Shown here piece after piece: positions 27,074 through 29,194 of a DNA stretch of 29,194 nt. Source of the DNA: an uncultured Anaerolineales bacterium. Its GTDB lineage: Bacteria > Chloroflexota > Anaerolineae > CAZSIG01. Made by a program: the position numbers and the translations under genes. The stretch lies in assembly GCA_964606195.1 (NCBI GenBank), contig CAZSIG010000001.1:1-29194 (forward strand), given 5' to 3'. A model generated the notes under the pieces. The model searched no databases. It was not told the origin of the DNA and saw nothing but the letters and a program-made list of their open reading frames with translations. Each line of letters starts with the position of its first letter. Within the stretch, counting starts at the first letter, position 1.

Positions 27074-27259
27074 CTAGCTATCTGACACTTTCAAATTACC
27101 CCTGCGGCTCGCGCCGCGGTTCGCCGAGTGAACTCGGCGCGGCTACCGGAAATATGCTGAAGCATGTGCAGCATAACGCGCTTCAGCACGTTTCTCATGG
27201 CAACCGTGAGTTCACTCACGGGGTGCGCGACGCGAGACAGCAAACTGTCAGGTGGCTAG
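27074..27259. mobile_element. MITE-like element (186 bp) containing nested REP hairpins
   Basis: Ends ctagctatctgacacttt / aaactgtcaggtggctag (15/18 inverted). Flanks actttagga / actttacat share only 6/9. Interior hairpins at 27122-27146 (GTAG on - strand), 27155-27188 and 27204-27221. Confidence 0.55.
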
Positions 27260-27306
27260 ACTTTACATAAATTTGTCTAAGAGCTTGTTCTAAACTCCTC
27301 AGTGTC

Positions 27307-27981
27307 TCAGTGGTTGCAAACTCGGTGCACACTCTCAAAAAACGCGGCTAATTTTTCTTCATCCAGTTTATCATTAGTTCGCACGCCGCTGCACACATCC
27401 ACACCATACGGGCGCACTTGCCGAATCGCCGCCGCGACGTTATCTGGACGCAATCCACCCGCGAGGAATATCGGCACTTCGACTTTCTCCCGAATGCGAC
27501 GGCTAATTTCCCAGTTATGTGTCCTGCCGGTGCCGCCTAACTCCTTCACCGCGAGGTTGGGATTGCCCGAATCGAGCAGAATTCCATCCACATGCCGCGC
27601 CACCGTGCGCGCTTCCGCGATCACCTCTTCACCCGTAACGTGAATCACTTGGACGATTGATACCCCCGGCAACGCGGCTTTTAGCTTCGCGTAGCTTTCC
27701 AATTCTAAACGGTCGCAGAGTTGCAACGTGTTCACGCCACAGCACCGCTGCTGCGCGATAATCTCCGCCGCGTCTTGACGGCTGGTGAGCAGAAACGAGC
27801 CAATCGCGGGGGGGACATGTGCGGCAATTTTCGTTATGAGAGATTCCGCGATGACACCAGGACCGCTCGGCATCTCTGAAACCAAGCCTAGTGCGGATGC
27901 GCCATAGCGTATCGCGGTCCACGCCTCCGCGACGCTGCTGATACAACAAATCTTGACCCTTGTGATTCTGGGAGGCTCCAC
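27307..27981 (-). CDS. trpF: Phosphoribosylanthranilate isomerase family protein (stand-alone, KICC variant)
   Basis: RVKICC, LLDS, GGTGRTHNW, LAGGLRPDNV and GVDVCSGV. Confidence 0.75.
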   Translation of the reverse strand: MEPPRITRVKICCISSVAEAWTAIRYGASALGLVSEMPSGPGVIAESLITKIAAHVPPAIGSFLLTSRQDAAEIIAQQRCCGVNTLQLCDRLELESYAKLKAALPGVSIVQVIHVTGEEVIAEARTVARHVDGILLDSGNPNLAVKELGGTGRTHNWEISRRIREKVEVPIFLAGGLRPDNVAAAIRQVRPYGVDVCSGVRTNDKLDEEKLAAFFESVHRVCNH

Positions 27982-27985
27982 GTTT

Positions 27986-28705
27986 CTATTTTTTCCCTAC
28001 TGGCATAATACACAACGGGATCTCCGCATTCTCCATGTTCATGCTTTTCTTGATCTCATCGTCGTAGAAAGCCCCGACGATTACCGTCCCCAAATCTAGT
28101 GCGCCGGCTTGCAAATAGACATTCTGCGCCGCGTGCCCGACCTCTATGTGTACATATTTTATACCCCTATCGTCGTACTTCTGTGTCGTCCGCTCGTAAA
28201 CCGCGCCGAACACGATGACGATGGCGCCTTCTCCGACCCAACTCTGCCCCACCGCCGCGTCGCTCAACTGCTCCCGCACATCGCGATTGCCAATTCTTAT
28301 CAATTCGTGACCATCAGGTCTGTACTTGTAGACGCCCGTTGTAATCCCCTCGACGTTGCCGACCGCGACGTATAGCTCCAGCGGATAGAGCGCGCCCGCC
28401 GACGGCGCGGTTCTGTAGCCACGCTCATTGGTAATTCCCTGCGCCGCCCATAGTAATTGCGAGACTTCGGCGCGCGTCAGCGGCTCTTTTGCGAATTTTC
28501 TCACTGACCTTCTGTTGAGCAGTGCTTCTTCTACTGATATGTCACTATCGCGTCGCGGTTCGGGCAGTGTTACGGTGCTCGTTTCGCTTTCCTCGCTTGA
28601 TAAGGGCGCGTTATTCTCGTTCGCGCGCAATACTGTGAGAAATATCACCATTCCCGCGCATATAATCGCGATGAGAGAAAGTAAGAAGGGTTTCGATTTG
28701 TTCAT
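27986..28705 (-). CDS. SagB/ThcOx-family nitroreductase with an N-terminal membrane anchor
   Basis: RRSVRKF, QLLWAAQG, RTAPSAGALYPLE, EVGHAAQNVYLQA and GAFYDD. Confidence 0.9.
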   Translation of the reverse strand: MNKSKPFLLSLIAIICAGMVIFLTVLRANENNAPLSSEESETSTVTLPEPRRDSDISVEEALLNRRSVRKFAKEPLTRAEVSQLLWAAQGITNERGYRTAPSAGALYPLELYVAVGNVEGITTGVYKYRPDGHELIRIGNRDVREQLSDAAVGQSWVGEGAIVIVFGAVYERTTQKYDDRGIKYVHIEVGHAAQNVYLQAGALDLGTVIVGAFYDDEIKKSMNMENAEIPLCIMPVGKK

Positions 28706-28757
28706 CTTGGCACTTATGCAATTTGCAAATAGCTATTTTTTTGCCACTTATTTCAGC

Positions 28758-28979
28758 TAGGACTTACGCAACTTCGGGGTATTTTTACCGCCGAGCACGC
28801 CCCCGTGCGGGGATAAACTACGAGCGCGGAGTTTTAACTACAATTTGTACCATCTGAAAATATGACCTTAAATGATAGCGTATGATCGCTTATGCTGGTA
28901 GCAAAATTATTTCTATAAGAATGCTCCGCGTCCTCAGCGCTCTCTGCGGTGAGTTGCAGCGCGGTTTGCGTAAGTCCTA
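28758..28979. mobile_element. MITE (222 bp) with TAGGACTTACGCAA TIRs
   Basis: Perfect 14-bp TIRs. Flanks tcagc/tcagt (5-bp TSD with 1 mismatch). Interior has an accgccgag…gcggag / ctccgcg…ctctgcggt inverted pair. Confidence 0.85.
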
Positions 28980-29020
28980 TCAGTTCTTTTAATTGATACA
29001 ACGCGAGCGACAAGAATATG

Positions 29021-29154
29021 TAGGACTTACGCAACTTCACATTAAATCTGCACGACTGAGCTACAAATGACTACTAATGAACGCCAATGAACGCGGGGCG
29101 GAGACTTCCGAAGTTTTCCGAAACTTCGGAAGTCTGAAATTTGCGTAAGTCCTG
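29021..29154. mobile_element. MITE (134 bp) with (T/C)AGGACTTACGCAA TIRs
   Basis: TIRs taggacttacgcaa / ttgcgtaagtcctg. Perfect 5-bp TSD atatg (29016-29020, 29155-29159). Interior has a double palindrome at 29102-29135. Confidence 0.88.
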
Positions 29155-29194
29155 ATATGATTTAAGGATAGCCAAATTGGTGAAAATCTGTGTT

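Noticed and set aside
28709-28722. ggcacttatgcaat resembling an IS6-type TIR
   Set aside because: Only a partial match, with no partner end or TSD.
1-29194. tRNA or rRNA genes
   Set aside because: No cloverleaf with T-loop GTTCRA plus D-loop, and no rRNA-like stretch, in any intergenic region inspected.

Overview
Chromosomal segment of a bacterium, probably Chloroflexota/Anaerolineae. This is inferred from a C-terminal VYLPAILK motif on a secreted protein and from the repeat types. The + strand carries a long co-oriented nucleotide/histidine biosynthesis backbone: carB (5'-truncated), purA, purB, hisZ, hisG, hisD, a hisC-hisB fusion, purH and hisH. Accessory genes sit at almost every junction: two toxin-antitoxin-like pairs, a GIY-YIG nuclease, a nitronate-monooxygenase-family gene, an orphan YgiT zinc finger, a GNAT, a divergent PEPCK-like enzyme, a secreted beta-propeller protein and an AIR-synthase-like gene. 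After hisH is a decayed zone (methyltransferase pseudogene, IS3 fragment, ATPase fragment), followed by three - strand genes. The non-coding DNA is the most unusual part. (i) A 95-aa GIY-YIG gene is flanked by two 121-bp, 95% identical, internally palindromic direct repeats, with solo relatives elsewhere in the window, so it looks like a minimal nuclease-repeat mobile unit. (ii) At least four clear and three weaker MITE-like shells (terminal inverted repeats, several with 5-10 bp target duplications) each carry a different REP-like palindrome inside. (iii) A REP-like hairpin is inserted in frame in carB. (iv) CGCG is strongly over-represented and GGCC is nearly absent. No rRNA, tRNA or CRISPR array was seen. 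All counts and alignments were done by eye.
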